A program made the translations under genes and the position numbers. A DNA stretch of 63,093 bases, filler included, from Choristocarpus tenellus KU-1152 (Eukaryota > Protista > Phaeophyceae), in assembly GCA_964200185.2 (NCBI GenBank). It is 12 parts of 12 records of this genome, joined end to end, with 100 filler letters (N's around TTAATTAATTAA, not from the genome) between each part and the next. Parts side by side here need not be neighbours in the genome. Positions count along the whole stretch, not along the records: positions 47,612 to 51,094 come from CAXNAD020019724.1; positions 51,195 to 56,624 come from CAXNAD020010800.1; positions 56,725 to 59,568 come from CAXNAD020024259.1; positions 59,669 to 63,093 come from CAXNAD020020120.1; 8 more parts are not named here. One strand, given 5' to 3'. Positions 50,480 to 63,093 of the stretch are shown here, piece after piece. The notes under the pieces are model-generated. The model was not told the DNA's origin and searched no databases. It worked only from the letters and a program-made list of their open reading frames with translations. Position 1 is the stretch's first letter. Every line of letters begins with the position of its first letter.

Positions 50480-50735
50480 AAACACAGAACATATCATGCT
50501 ATATAAAAGGTACACACAAAACGTATCATGCTATTTAAAAGGTACACACAAAACATATCATACTATATAAAAGGTACACACAAAATAATTTACACGATAT
50601 TAAAGGTGCTCACAGAACATATCATACTATATAAAAGGTACATACAAAGTATTTTATACTACTACAAAAAAGGCACACACAAAATATATTGTACTATATA
50701 AAAGGAGCACACAAAATATACTATGCTATATAAAG
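50480..50735. repeat. AT-rich minisatellite, about 31-35 bp unit, about 8 diverged copies
   Basis: acatatcatRctatataaaaggtacacacaaa recurs. Confidence 0.85.
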
Positions 50736-51422
50736 GTTAAAAGTATATTAAACCATATTATTATATTATTATATTATTATATTATTATTATTATTATGGT
50801 ATACACAGAAAGTATTCGCAACAAAACTAACCAATCAATAATCACCCCCCAAAGTTGGATTGGCATCTTTGCACATGTTGGATAGAAATGTAATACTTTC
50901 AGATTCCAGATTGTAAAACTGCAACTTAAAATTGATTATAATTGAACTACAGCGATTCAACCATGATCATTTTAACAATCAATATTTTAACATAATACCA
51001 CAACACTATACCCACCATCATTCCCCTGCCAACCCCTATCCCTACCACTACCCCTAACCCTACCCCCTATACAGCAGAAAAATATATAAATACTNNNNNN
51101 NNNNNNNNNNNNNNNNNNNNNNNNNNNNNNNNNNNNNNTTAATTAATTAANNNNNNNNNNNNNNNNNNNNNNNNNNNNNNNNNNNNNNNNNNNNCCCCTC
51201 CTAGTTAAGTTGAGCACCATACTTTAAGTATCATATGTTGGCGCGACTACAAAAGAAAAAGAAAATTTCTGTATCTCAGAATTTCGCACCCAACACCCCA
51301 AAAACTGCAGGTTCCAAATCTAGGGCTGCACTGCATCATATTGTGGATGACGACAACATGGATTGTTGTAGGTCACAATGGTTCCCATATCAGAGCAGCA
51401 AAGAAGGAGTGCCTTCAATCTT

Positions 51423-54400
51423 TCACACCATCATCGAGCAAATCTATTAGTCTGTGTAACACATAGACTCATTTTTGAGGCATATGCCAAACAAACCCTC
51501 TGTGACACAAGCAGCTAGAGATGAGTTGAAAATATCCGATTTTGACCCAAAGTATCTGAGGGAGTAGGTGTCGGAATGTGGCTGGGGGCGGGGGGGGGGG
51601 GGGGGGGGGGGGGGGTCTACATGAGAGTGTCCACCAAAATCAGGAAAAGTGCACTTTCATGATCCATCCAATGTATAGAACCAAATCACACAAGAATTGC
51701 GATATGAAAAAATTGGTCCCAAATGGACAGCCGCCACTCCCCCCCAGATACTTTGAGCCTTTTCCCCCCCAATAAGGTGTCTTCCCTTGCCTCTTCTGTC
51801 ATTTCCACCTTTGCAATTGAGTTGATTCTTACCATGGCTGCTGTCTTCCCTAATTTTTCTTCTACCAATTTGTCCACTTTCCACTTGCCCTTCTCCTTCT
51901 CTTCAACTGCTGTTCCTGCCTGGGGAAGAAATTTTGTTTGGTAAATATCTCATCAGCGACATGATTTAGGTGGAACATCCCTGAGAACATTATTACATTA
52001 GGTCACAGATTGGTCATCTTGTAGTGAAACGTCAGACGTAAAACAACACAAACTGAGAGGTTATGGATGAGTCTTGCTGAAGGTGCGGCCTACTTGGTCA
52101 GAGAAGATGTTTATTGGAAAATTCACCGAGAAGTTGGCCAGAGAAAATTGTGTGACAGAAGATGAGAGTTGAGATAAGGTGAGGGGAACAGGGGCTGGAC
52201 ATGCTAGGGCAATCTGGCAACAGTAGACACCTCACTCCATCATGGGTTTTGTCCTGTTAATAGCAGCCCCCTCTAGCTACTGTGCTACCATATCAAACAG
52301 TTTGTCATTTGACTGGCTGAGGGTCTGTAAGGGTTATGGACAACTTGCAAGGATTATACCACCTCGCTTTCTTCCCCTGATTGCTGAAGATTAGGGGCAT
52401 GACCGGAGCCTGATATGCCAAGAGATTTTCCACTGTACTTTGATATCACTTTTCCTGGCCATATTTTATATTATTATGCAAATTGTCCTTGCCTCCTGGA
52501 GGACAAGTCGTGCTGACCTGAATGTTGGAGCGCTATTACCAACCTACCAGTTCTCAATTAAACACTGGCTCAAAGTATTGGGGGAGGGGGAGGTGGCTGT
52601 CCATTCGGGGCCCATTTTCCATGTCACGATTTTTGGGTGAATTTGGTAGCATGTGTTGGATGGATAACGTAAGTGCACTTCTCCTGGTCAGGGCCCGAAT
52701 GGACACCCTGGTATAGACCTCTCCCCTCCTCCCAGATACTTTGAGCCACTAATGTGCTGGTACTAGATGGAGGTATACCTGTCCTACCAAAAAGGGTGCA
52801 GTGTACATGAAAGCAGTATATGCCATAGATAGGCACATCACACCAACTACAAGACAGAGGACTCACACACACATAGATCACATCACACAAACCTCAAGTG
52901 TGACCTCTTCTCCATTCCTTGGCGCTGAATGAACAGTTTCAGTTAGGTCCTCCTCGCTGCATATGTCCTTAATGGTGTTGTCGATGCCGCTGTGATAAAC
53001 ACGACTCTCAAAACTGCCAGCACTATCTGCAGTGATAGTGCAATTCTGATCCCAGCTGAGAGTCTCATGTTGGTCATTGGATCTTAAGAGGATTTTTGAG
53101 AGGATATCAGCGTACCTGCTCCTCAGTTAGAGGTTGAAGCACGGTCAGGGGAGTCAGAGGATGGGAGAGGAGGAGAAAAATGTCGCTGCTTTATGCCTTG
53201 TAAATCTGTTGAGAAAGGGACAAAGAGTCTGCACCCCCAGACCATGTCCTTCTATTGTTGCTAGGAACTTCTGGCTACCAAAAGGTTAAACAAACAAAGA
53301 GACGGATAGATAATATCACCAGGGGTTTTGCATTGGAGAAGGCCCTTGAAACACACTGTAGAAATAGTTGACGGCCCAGGGAGGAGACCTTTGATACATA
53401 CTTCACTGGGTCAGCCTTGTTAAGTTATTGAAACAACGCTAGGCCGCCAAGGCAATAGTCTTCAGCCTGACTGGAGGATCAGACCTTCAAGAAACTTAGC
53501 GATCTGGGTCGATACTCTTTAGAAGTTTATGACTTCGGGCTGAGCCAAGGACCCGACTATTCTGAAACCTCATCAACCCAGGGCAAGAAGTTTCACATAT
53601 TGTCCAGGGTGTATTTATCTGGGTAGGATTTTCTGGAGGTAAAATGCATTGGGTTGGCTCCTCTCTGACTTAGCCATAGCTACTGACTAACGCCCTGTCA
53701 TGCAACAAGATTACTGCAAGGTAGACAATTTAGTACACAAGATATCAAGCACATGATCACGCTGCAGCCCTGCATAAGTGAACCTGTTCTCATGTATCTC
53801 AGTCCAGCCCAGTACAATTTAGAGTACTGAACCATTAGCAAAGGCAGCTATACACCAAGCCCACAGCCAGCTCAGGATTGTGTTTGTTAGCAAGTCTCGG
53901 CATCCTTGCTCTGGACACACCTTTCATAGTCATACACATTTTACCTACTCCAAAATGTTTCGAAAACTGACAAAGGGCATAATTAACCCGTGGGAAGCCA
54001 AGCCCCGAACGGATGAACAGGGCAAAACTCCTACCCTCTTAAATGACTTTGGGTTGCAGTCACTGTGGCACATCTGCAGCACGTAACCTTACTGTGCTAA
54101 GCCCTTATGAGGATCAGGTGCCCGACATTTCAGGAAACAGGAATCAACATAGTGGTGAGGAATATCCTGTGCTAGAGTTCTCCATTATGTTGACAAAGTC
54201 AAGCTGAGAAGGGAACACAAGCAATGTCAGCTTATGATCCAATCATGCACCAAGGGAAAAGGTCATAAATTTGCAGCACACACATAGCTGACCCAGGGGG
54301 AATGTAGTAGCAAGCACATGTGTTTCAACCATTTCCATGTCCTACGGAATCCATTCCCCGACCCACACTACCAACCAGACCAATCTGTTGGACTCAGGCT

Positions 54401-56624
54401 GGCAAGGGATTACATGAGTTGGAAACATTTTGCACTTGGCGGGCCCATCGACTCAACCTCCAATAAAACCTCGGTGACCAAGAACTGGATCTTTCACACA
54501 TTTCTGGCAAAGCAAAAGACTCTAAATGCCAAACACTCGTATCTTCAGTGTTCACCTACACAGAAAGCCATGCCATGGTCTTTCATTGCAAGGGACATCA
54601 ATTCCAACATGCCGACACGAGGTTGAAGAACGTTTCAAATGTTGAGAACTTTTCCGCAATGCAAAGTATTTTCTAACAAAAGACTGCCCCTGACCTCGCC
54701 ATTTCCCCTCACTTGCACTATCATTGCATTGCTCGGTCTACAACAAAGGACCAGCACCAATTGCCATACCTTGCGTCATTTTCAGACCTAACTGGTACTG
54801 TCTTCAGAGCTTTCGATGACCGGCGCATCTTTCCAGCTAAGTTGGTCTGATACTGGCGAAGCTTCTCCCTGGCAAAATAAGGACGGAGTAAGCAGGAGTT
54901 TGGGTACAATGAGAGTGAGGCAATTGATCATGATCACAAGGGAGATAGCAAGGTAATGTACATATGGTCACTAAAGGTGCATGCTGTGCTTGGGTCATAA
55001 AACCATCCCTGGCTCTGAACAATTGCCCCTCTGTATTCCGGTTACAACCCACCAGCCTTGGGCTCACCCTATCCTTTCTCTCACCCTTGTGACAACTTTC
55101 CGTGGTAGCTGTCAGTCTATTCACTGCACAGGAGGTATAAGTGTATTTCTTCTACTGAAATGTAACTCCAAGGCAAACTGTCACATCTAAATCAATGTTT
55201 TCCTCTCTAGGGTCGAGATTTGTCTCACTTTCCCACTCCCTATTGTCCAGGTAAGGTCCAGGAGAGAAAATATCCATGCATGCAGCCCACGAGGCAATCA
55301 CTGTTCCAAATTGCAGCAACATCTGACACATTGGAAGAAGGACAACAAATATCTCAACTCCACCTATAAGAAGTTGAAGTGGTAGCAACCTCAGCAGCCC
55401 GAGCCTCTATCAGTGCTTCTTGGATTCGATCTGTTGCCTCAAGGCACCTTGCAAGTCGGTAGTGAGCCTTAAACTGACCAGGTTCTGCCTCTAGAGCAAG
55501 CCGGCACTCATTCTCACACTGCTCCAGCAATACCTCCCTCACGTCCACCCCCACCCCCATCTCCCTCACAGCTGCTGCGTGGATACCAGCTCTACGCAGC
55601 ATTCCAGAATCAATTGAACTACTCTCACCAGCAGGCATATCTACACTATGGATCGCCTCCTTCCCACTCCCTGCCCCCTCAATCTCATCACCATCCCCCT
55701 TGTGACTCTCTACTGCACTCTGAACTCTTTTTGTATCTCCTTCGTTGTCATATCCATGGTTCACCTGCTGAACTATATTCAGCAAGACCTCAGCAAGGTT
55801 GCTATGAAGAACACTTTCAAGTTTCCTTCTTCTCAACCCCTGATCAATCACCGACAGTGATGCCACCTCTCCAACCATCTTCCCTCCTGCTGACCTATCA
55901 GTAGTCCCACAAATTGCACTAAGGCCACTTTGATATGCTTCCCGTGCAGCAATGAGATCTCCTCTGTCAAAGGCAAGGTTGCCCTCAACCTTCAGTGCCT
56001 CTGCTGAGCACAATGAGGCTGCTCCGGATATCAATGTCCCACTACTGCTTTCTCCTCTGGGCAAAGGAGGAGATGTCTGGGGTGACAAGGGTGGCGACGG
56101 CTGCAACCGTTGTACCTGTTCCCCTGCCAACTCCTCAGCCACCGCACTACAAGTGCTGTCTTCACATGACTCAGCAAGAGTCTCACTTCCCTCAACTAAT
56201 TCTCCCAACCCAGGTAAGGCTATAGCTGTAGCGATAGGGAGCACTCCATTACATTCCCCAGAAGATCTCTGAGGCACATCTTCTGCTGCCACAGAAGCAA
56301 CAGTAGGGCATGCTGGGATTTCCCAATCCGTGTGTGGAGATGACTGCAGCTCCTCCCCCTCCTCATCTGTTGGTGGGAGTCGCCCAAAGTCCTGATGGAG
56401 CTTGTTTGAGAGTTCCAATATCTGAAGTCTCTCTTCCTTCTCACCAGGACTCATACTCTCCGCTTCATCCCCCCCTGCCTCTTTCTTGTTCTTCCTGCAC
56501 CTCGTTGGCCATGGACCGTCACCCCAACCCCCTCCACTACTCTCATCGCCCCCCCACGCATCTATAGCCAGCAGAAAATTCCGGCTCCGCCTTAGTTTTC
56601 CATCCCTTATGTAAAGCGCTTGAA
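51423..56624 (-). CDS. TPR (carboxylate-clamp) co-chaperone-like protein, 5'-partial
   Basis: Exons >56624-55364, 54868-54770, 53115-52893, 51919-51833 and a probable last exon 51443-51423 (ICSMMV*); phases are compatible. TPR motifs: AEALKVEGNLAF..AREAYQSGL, LHSNLAEVLL, CRLALEAEP..KAHYRLARCL. Confidence 0.75.
51544..51759. mobile_element. MITE family B, TSD TTT
   Basis: ttt|gacccaaagtatctg ... cccccagatactttgagcc|ttt. Confidence 0.85.
52567..52747. mobile_element. MITE family B, TSD ACT
   Basis: act|ggctcaaagtattgggg ... cccagatactttgagcc|act. Confidence 0.9.
53875..54055. mobile_element. MITE family A, right two-thirds
   Basis: ..cattttacctactccaaaat..gggaagccaag..aaaactcctaccctcttaaatgactttggg. 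Confidence 0.7.
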
Positions 56625-57687
56625 NNNNNNNNNNNNNNNNNNNNNNNNNNNNNNNNNNNNNNNNNNNNTTAATTAATTAANNNNNNNNNNNNNNNNNNNN
56701 NNNNNNNNNNNNNNNNNNNNNNNNCCCCCCAGCTGGTTAATTAAGTTACCTTGACTCTCTACTATCAATGTAGGCAAGGTTGAGACTGGTGCTTGTATTG
56801 GTTGTTGGGAATGCTTTTTTGTTTTTTTCCATGAGGCAATGCCTTCCTTTTTTGGAGTGAGTTTTAGAAGGCCCATTTGCAGTAATCCTTGAAGGGATCA
56901 ACACTTGGGGAATTTTCTGTTATCTTTTTTTTTGTGAAGATATAACTTTCAGTTTTGGAGGAAAAATAAGGAAAATACTTGCATGTAGGAGTCCCTCAAA
57001 ACCTCTAGGTCTAGTTTTTTTTTTAGGTCTAATAATTTGATTTGTTATTGTTTTTTTTAAGGTGAGTGTCTGCATACGTCATTTTCTGGATAGCCATCAT
57101 GGTTTTTGTGGATACCTGAAAACTCCAGTTCTTTGAGGAGGGATCAGTCTATGTCTACCTTCATTAATTTTTTCTTGTTTTCTAGACAAAATGAGATATA
57201 TATATATACCCTTGTGCAACAAAATCTCCCCAAAGCCCAACTCTGCCAAAATAACAGCATTCACGTTTTTTTTTCCATAAAAAAAATAATATTATGGATA
57301 AAGAGATTGTTCGCAGTCGCGTTTGTTTGTCTTGAAACCTTTTTAGGTCCCGATTATTTGTAAAATTAATTTATTTTAGAAAGTAGCACAGTTTTGAACG
57401 AACCCCTACCTGTTTTTGTTCTGAAAGTGTTCTGTTCCAGTAGGGGGAAAGGGACACGCTTGAGTGGTTATACTCCAAAAAGGTATGGGATACCTTTTTG
57501 TGACATGTGCGAAACCCCATTCATTGCAAGAACCTTCAACTGGATAAATAGATGTATGTCTAGCTATTAAATAGATTTAGCAGGGATTACTCACGCCACC
57601 TTACTTGGAAACTTGATCTCTCTTGGTGGTAGTCTAGCTAGAAAGAGTCAAAATCTTTTTGTGAAGGGTTTGTTCTTCAAACGGATG

Positions 57688-57777
57688 TATGTACCTTTGT
57701 TATGTACCTTTGTTATGTACCTTTGTTATGTACCTTTGTTATGTACCTTTGTTATGTACCTTTGTTATGTACCTTGT
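57688..57777. repeat. 13-bp tandem repeat, about 7 copies
   Basis: (tatgtacctttgt)n. Confidence 0.95.
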
Positions 57778-58086
57778 TAAGATGAATGAAAAATGGTGTT
57801 GTTGGAAAAAAAAAACGCCTCAAAATGCGTGGGAGGTCCCTGTCAAATGCTTACAACGTTGTGATGTTCCTGTGATGGAAATGAAGGTGGCCCTGGGGCC
57901 TGCCCTTGGGCCTGCCCTGGAGCGGTGAGTTTGTGAAGGGGGTTTAAGGTTGAAACTGGAGCTTATTTGGAGCCAAAGTTCATAATAAATATACTAGAGT
58001 GGAGAGTTGATTCATAAATCTTACTTCCCCCCTCCACGATATGTTTTTGTTTGCAAATTCAGCCAATCACCTTCTTCAACAGCTTA

Positions 58087-58262
58087 CCCCCTCTCCAATA
58101 GATTTGTTGCTGACTTGAGTACATATTTTTGTGTGTGGGTGTGGGTGTGGGTGTGGGTGGGGGCCTGTAGAGCCTTCAAATGAGCTCACTGCGTATGCTG
58201 CTCTGGTTACTGCAACACAATCTGCTTCTCCAGCTGAGACGGTACTATATCCTGGTGGTGCC
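58087..58262 (-). CDS. Possible isolated internal exon, unknown product
   Basis: Acceptor ttctcctcag|GCACC and donor GGG|GTAAGC flank one open frame (APPGYSTVSAGEADCV..). No recognisable motif. Confidence 0.25.
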
Positions 58263-61200
58263 TGAGGAGAAGGTGTGTATTTTGTACTATAGTGTGATTG
58301 TGGCAATGTTTGTGTAAGAGTGTTGCACACAGTAGATGATTTCGATACTACTTTTTCTGTCTTAGAACTTGGGGAAGAATTGACGCGTGATCACCGGAGT
58401 CTGTCGAACTGGCTCTATGTAAAAACAACACATGATTGCATGTAATTAATAAAAAATGATAATGCTGAGTAAATAGGTAGTGTGAAAAAATGATACGGAT
58501 AACGCTTTGATTTTAACAAAATTGTGGGAATGGCATAGAATTTGAAATTTTGTGTTTATAGTTTTGTGTACATTATTATATTTTATTATTGCATACATTC
58601 ATTATTAGACCAATTATTGTGCACTCTGATTTTTTTTCGGGTGTGTCAGGTAGGGGTAATAAAAATTGAGACAAAGATCATACGACAAGGAGTAACTACT
58701 GTTAAAAAAAAAAGTACTGTAGATACAACGGCTGTCATGAGTGCCATCATACCTCCTTAAGTTGCATCCCATTTGAATGAAAACTTCTCAATTGAATTTA
58801 TTCAAGTGTTATTGTGTATGGTAGTGCAGTGAAAGGTTTTGTGATACAGGTGTGAACCTTTTTTTTTTTTTAGTGTCATTAGGGAGCCCTTCTTCGTTTC
58901 AATAATAATAGTATAATAGTATAATAATAATAATAATATATCTGTTGTACGTGAAGGGGTGTTGATGTGTATGGATGCCGATCTCTTCTTAAATCTCTAG
59001 AGTTTTTTTTTTTTTAACGTTTTTTTTTTTTTTTTTGTTGGGTTTGGTTTTTTCCCGCACAGATGTTTTATATTTTTTTTTTTTTTTTTTTTTTTGTTTT
59101 GTTTTTTTTTTTTCTCCTTTTCAAATGTTTGGTGGGCATGTGGTGGCTCTCCGGTGCACCAAGGCTGATGATAGGTGCTGTAGCGTGATGTAAAATGTTT
59201 CTTGTTCCTCTTTAGTGATGCAAGAATTCGATTTTTTTTTTTTTCAGGGTATCTTGGGAAGAAGCAACAATTCACATTTTTGTTTGCTATGATCGGAAGG
59301 CTTTTTTTTTATGTCGATGAGAAGGCACTTCACTTCACTTCACTTCACTTCACTTCACTTCACATCTTTGGGCTGTTGCATTATTTTGTAACCCTTTATT
59401 GATGTCCAACAGCAGTGATCTGAAAGCAGTTGGTTTATTTTTATTTCTTCGGGTGAGATTTTTTTTGACTTGGTTGATCAAGCTCTGTCTGTTCTTTTAG
59501 AAGTGTTTTGGTTGTTCATGTCACAATATCTTGTTGGTACATGATAGAGTGAAAATGTTTAGGGGGGGNNNNNNNNNNNNNNNNNNNNNNNNNNNNNNNN
59601 NNNNNNNNNNNNTTAATTAATTAANNNNNNNNNNNNNNNNNNNNNNNNNNNNNNNNNNNNNNNNNNNNGTAATGTACGTGCCATTGCTTGTCTTGGTAAT
59701 TAGGGGTCAGTCATTGGTGTTGGTATAGTCTTGGTAGCTCCAATAAATTAGGCATAAGTTTTTTTTTTTTTTTAAACCATTGAGAATTAGTGCTGTTCTT
59801 AGAGCACCTCTGACCACCAGTCAGTCCACAGCAGTCCCTGGTCTAAAGCAACCCAAAAAATATGAATAAAAATAACAGGACTATCTATTTATTTATTTAC
59901 TATTTACTATTTTCATGCATACAAAAAGGCAACAGCAGGGCTGTTTTATTATTATTATTATTATCATCTGATGCTGTTTACACCCCTAACCCTTCCACAA
60001 CAAATATTGAGAGGCTCTCGTACCATCTGAGCATCAAAATCACAAGTACCTCTTCTTGTTATCATTACTACCACAAACCGGCTCTATTCCAATCAACCGA
60101 GAACAGTGGTCGCAACAGAAAAAAACTTTTATTCCTTTTTTTTTCTGAAGACAGTGGTGCTTGCTTGTGTCACCACCAAGTGCAACAATCGCTATATTTA
60201 TGTAATTGTTAAAAATGTTTGTCTGTCTGTGTCCCCATGTATGCACATACCTCCTCCCCTTCAGTGAGAGTCCTACGATGACCATAGAGTGTAACAATAG
60301 AGTGTAACAATAGAAAGGAGGCGTAATACAAATCAAAATCGTGATGAATTCACCATCCTTGGTCCTCACAGTCAAAATTTATAGTCAAAATTCATAGTCA
60401 AAATCCCTCAGACACATACCCTTCATTCCTTATTAAAAAAAAACACTTAAAGGAAATAATAAAAACCCACCTCAGATGCCACTACAAGGGGATCATGCCT
60501 CTGGCAATGGAGAAAGGGTATTAAAAAAGAGGATGGATATAGGTGTAAACGTTTTACTTCCAAATTTCATGCCTCCATGGGGTCCTTTGTTCTGCCTTGT
60601 ATGGTGCCACAGGGTGCTCAGTGACAGGCATGCGCTTCAAGATCATCACCTTAATGCACCTCCATTTCAATAGACACAATTGAAAAAAAATTCTAGCTTA
60701 TGTTCTTTTGTTCCCACCACTACTTTCTAGTTCTTACTATTCTTATTCTTATTCTAGTACTATTATTGTTTATTCCTATTATTGTTACTATTATTGTTAT
60801 TATCGTTTCTGTCATCCCCACCCTGTACACAACAATATGTACACAGAAAGCGTGTGCTATGATATCATAAAAAATAAATAACATAAAAAAGGATAAACAA
60901 AAAATTTAAACCCCATTGTTGGCTGTAAGTTACACACAAAGCAGTAACATTTGGAAGAGAGATCTTATTTCCAAATGTGTGCGTGTGTGTTTTTAAAACT
61001 ACAAATCTAATTATTCCTCTGCTTTTTCTAAAAAAAATTCCTTGTTTAAAAGTGCTTGCATACATTCATTTACAGATACACTAAATACAAAAATATAATA
61101 CTACTTCAGATTGCTTCAAATTAGAAGTACAGTAAAAAATAATTATAATATAATTTTCATATGAATAAAATTATCGATATATTACCATACATCATTGACC

Positions 61201-61414
61201 CTATAGCACAATAATACATATATTTTAAAAATAGAATCTTCAGTTGGAACAGCATAGGGGCTACCCTCTCTGATCAGAGCAGTATCCTGAACCCAACCTC
61301 AACTACACCCTATCTATACCACAATAACATAAAAATATTTCTGTTCCTATTTCTATTACCAGTACCAAGCAATGCATGCATACATCAACTATGAGCACTC
61401 CAAATGTGGTTAAA

Positions 61415-61768
61415 TCACACACCAAGCCTCCACTTCACCCCTACCTCAGTCTGCCTGGTCACATCCACATCATCTCGCACTACTGCAGCATCCCCACCCC
61501 AACTTCCTCTCAATCCCTCATCGCCTTCCCATGCAATGGAGACCCTATTGTCTCCACCACACTCCAAGAAAGCAGCCCTTCCTGGGAGCCGTGACCTAAC
61601 TAGATCCACTGCATAGTGCCACAGGCTGAGGTCATGCACATTTTGCTGTTCCAGTTGCTCCAAGATTGCTGCTGTGACAGGAGGAGGAGCCTGTTCTACG
61701 CCATCTCCAACGCCTCCACCACCACGAACTCCTTCATCACCTTCCTGCTCCATAGCCTCAGAAAATGC
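61415..61768 (-). CDS. Probable 3' exon of a Golgi-type sulfotransferase-like protein
   Basis: Acceptor acacag|GCATTT. ILEQLEQQNVHDLSLWHYAVDL matches the xxNxxDxxLYxYA C-terminal motif of sulfotransferase-2/Gal3ST/HS6ST-type enzymes. Confidence 0.5.
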   Translation of the reverse strand, partial: AFSEAMEQEGDEGVRGGGGVGDGVEQAPPPVTAAILEQLEQQNVHDLSLWHYAVDLVRSRLPGRAAFLECGGDNRVSIAWEGDEGLRGSWGGDAAVVRDDVDVTRQTEVGVKWRLGV

Positions 61769-62453
61769 CTGTGTTCCATATAAAACAAATAAGAAATAAG
61801 AAATAGGGAATTGGAGTAGAGGAGGTGGTGTGTGGGATGTGGATTGAGGGGGGGAGGTGGTTTCAAGAAGAGGAATTGAGGGTAGGTGAGTGGGGTGTGG
61901 CCATTGGACATTGGGAAGGAGAGGGGAAATGTTGGGGGCTAATGATGGGTGGGGGATGGGGGAGGGGGGAATGGGGAGATAGTGTGATCGCAAAAAACTG
62001 TGTTGGTTACTGTGGGAGGCTGAGGACATTTGTTGGTTACCATGGACAAACTGCCAGGGGAAGGGGGGGAAGAGAGAGGGGAAAAGGTTGGAAGTGGCAG
62101 CATCAGCAGTACCTCATTACGGTTGGAATTTGCCATATGTGTATCTATATTACGGTTGGAAGACCTTGAAAAATAAAAAATAGAGAAGTCAACACAATGG
62201 AAATAAAAATAAAATATTTTAGACATACCACAACACATACCACAATACATACCACACAACACAACGAGTCAATCATTCGATGTTCACAAGTTTGGAACGT
62301 CTAAAACCCTCTTGGAAAAGTTTGGAATGCATCATCACCGAAAAATTATATAACACTTACATAACACTCACATAACACGATCTTGAAATGCTAAAAATGG
62401 TGAAATGATTCAAACAATTATATAACAAAGGCAAGCACACCCTTATTTAAAGG

Positions 62454-62478
62454 ATTAGGGTTAGGGTTAGGGTTAGAG
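62454..62478. repeat. Interstitial telomere-type (TTAGGG)n; shorter copies at about 12161, 23303, 23471, 26094, 34237, 35954, 40844, 40973, 48304, 50363 and 51052
   Basis: ttagggttagggttagggttag and ctaaccctaaccc tracts. Confidence 0.85.
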
Positions 62479-63093
62479 GAAAGACTGGTGGTGCAGCACA
62501 CGAAAATTTCATTCATCCCAGACACACACACACAAACACACACACACACACACAGACAAATAGCATTAGCCACAATGGCATGGAGATTTTAAAAACAAGG
62601 AAAAAACAGAAGCAAGATCAAAAAAATAAGAAGAAAATGTGATGCAACCCTCAGCCAACACCTCCACAAGAAAGCTGGAAGAGAGAAAGAGAGAAAGAGA
62701 GAGAGACTGAAAACAGATATGGACAGATGTTCCAATTAACAAATAAAAAAAAAGCCACTTCCACGAAATAGAATGACGGGGGATGATGTCATCTGTTTCG
62801 GGGGAGAGGGAAAGAGACAAATAAACAAAAAATAAAATTAATATTTTACAAACCAAAAAGGCACCAAAATAAAAGTGTCAAAGACACCATCACGACATGT
62901 GCATGTCAATGGAGGCGTTTATGTACGTAAGGCTCCATTCGGTAGGGGCCCAAGCTGTTTCAAAATCAACACACGGATATCAAGATTAAGTGTGTTGTAG
63001 AAGGAGGGATACCCCCCCCCCCCCCCCCCCAAAAAAAAAATTGTTTTTAAATTGGGAGGGGGGCGGGGGGGGGGAGGGGGGGGGGTTTGGTGG

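Overview
This is eukaryotic nuclear DNA. It is intron-rich with GT-AG introns and contains interstitial TTAGGG repeats. The gene content and style suggest a photosynthetic stramenopile, probably a brown alga (inference only). The window is not one locus: 12 contigs are joined by 11 artificial 100-bp N44-TTAATTAATTAA-N44 spacers, so synteny across spacers means nothing. By manual splicing I reconstructed seven genes or gene fragments: (1) a giant protein with at least 13 LBR/53BP1-type Tudor repeats, RS/SP linkers and two EF-hand-like lobes; (2) a complete 4-exon PPPDE/DeSI isopeptidase; (3) partial TRM13; (4) the 3' part of GPKOW/MOS2; (5) two NEMF/Rqc2-like exons; (6) a carboxylate-clamp TPR co-chaperone; (7) a sulfotransferase-like terminal exon. 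Non-genic DNA holds decayed Gypsy, Copia, LINE and plant-type (DD39D-like) mariner relics, plus three MITE families. Two of these share a Harbinger-like terminus (3-bp TSDs confirmed for one), and the third has a 47-bp TIR with a 4-bp TSD. The most notable items are the Tudor-RS array protein and a decayed intronless LicD-like (plus possible PAP2-like) cassette inside a TRM13 intron that may be viral. No CRISPR array, rRNA or intact tRNA was seen. All homology calls come from motif recognition, not database searches.
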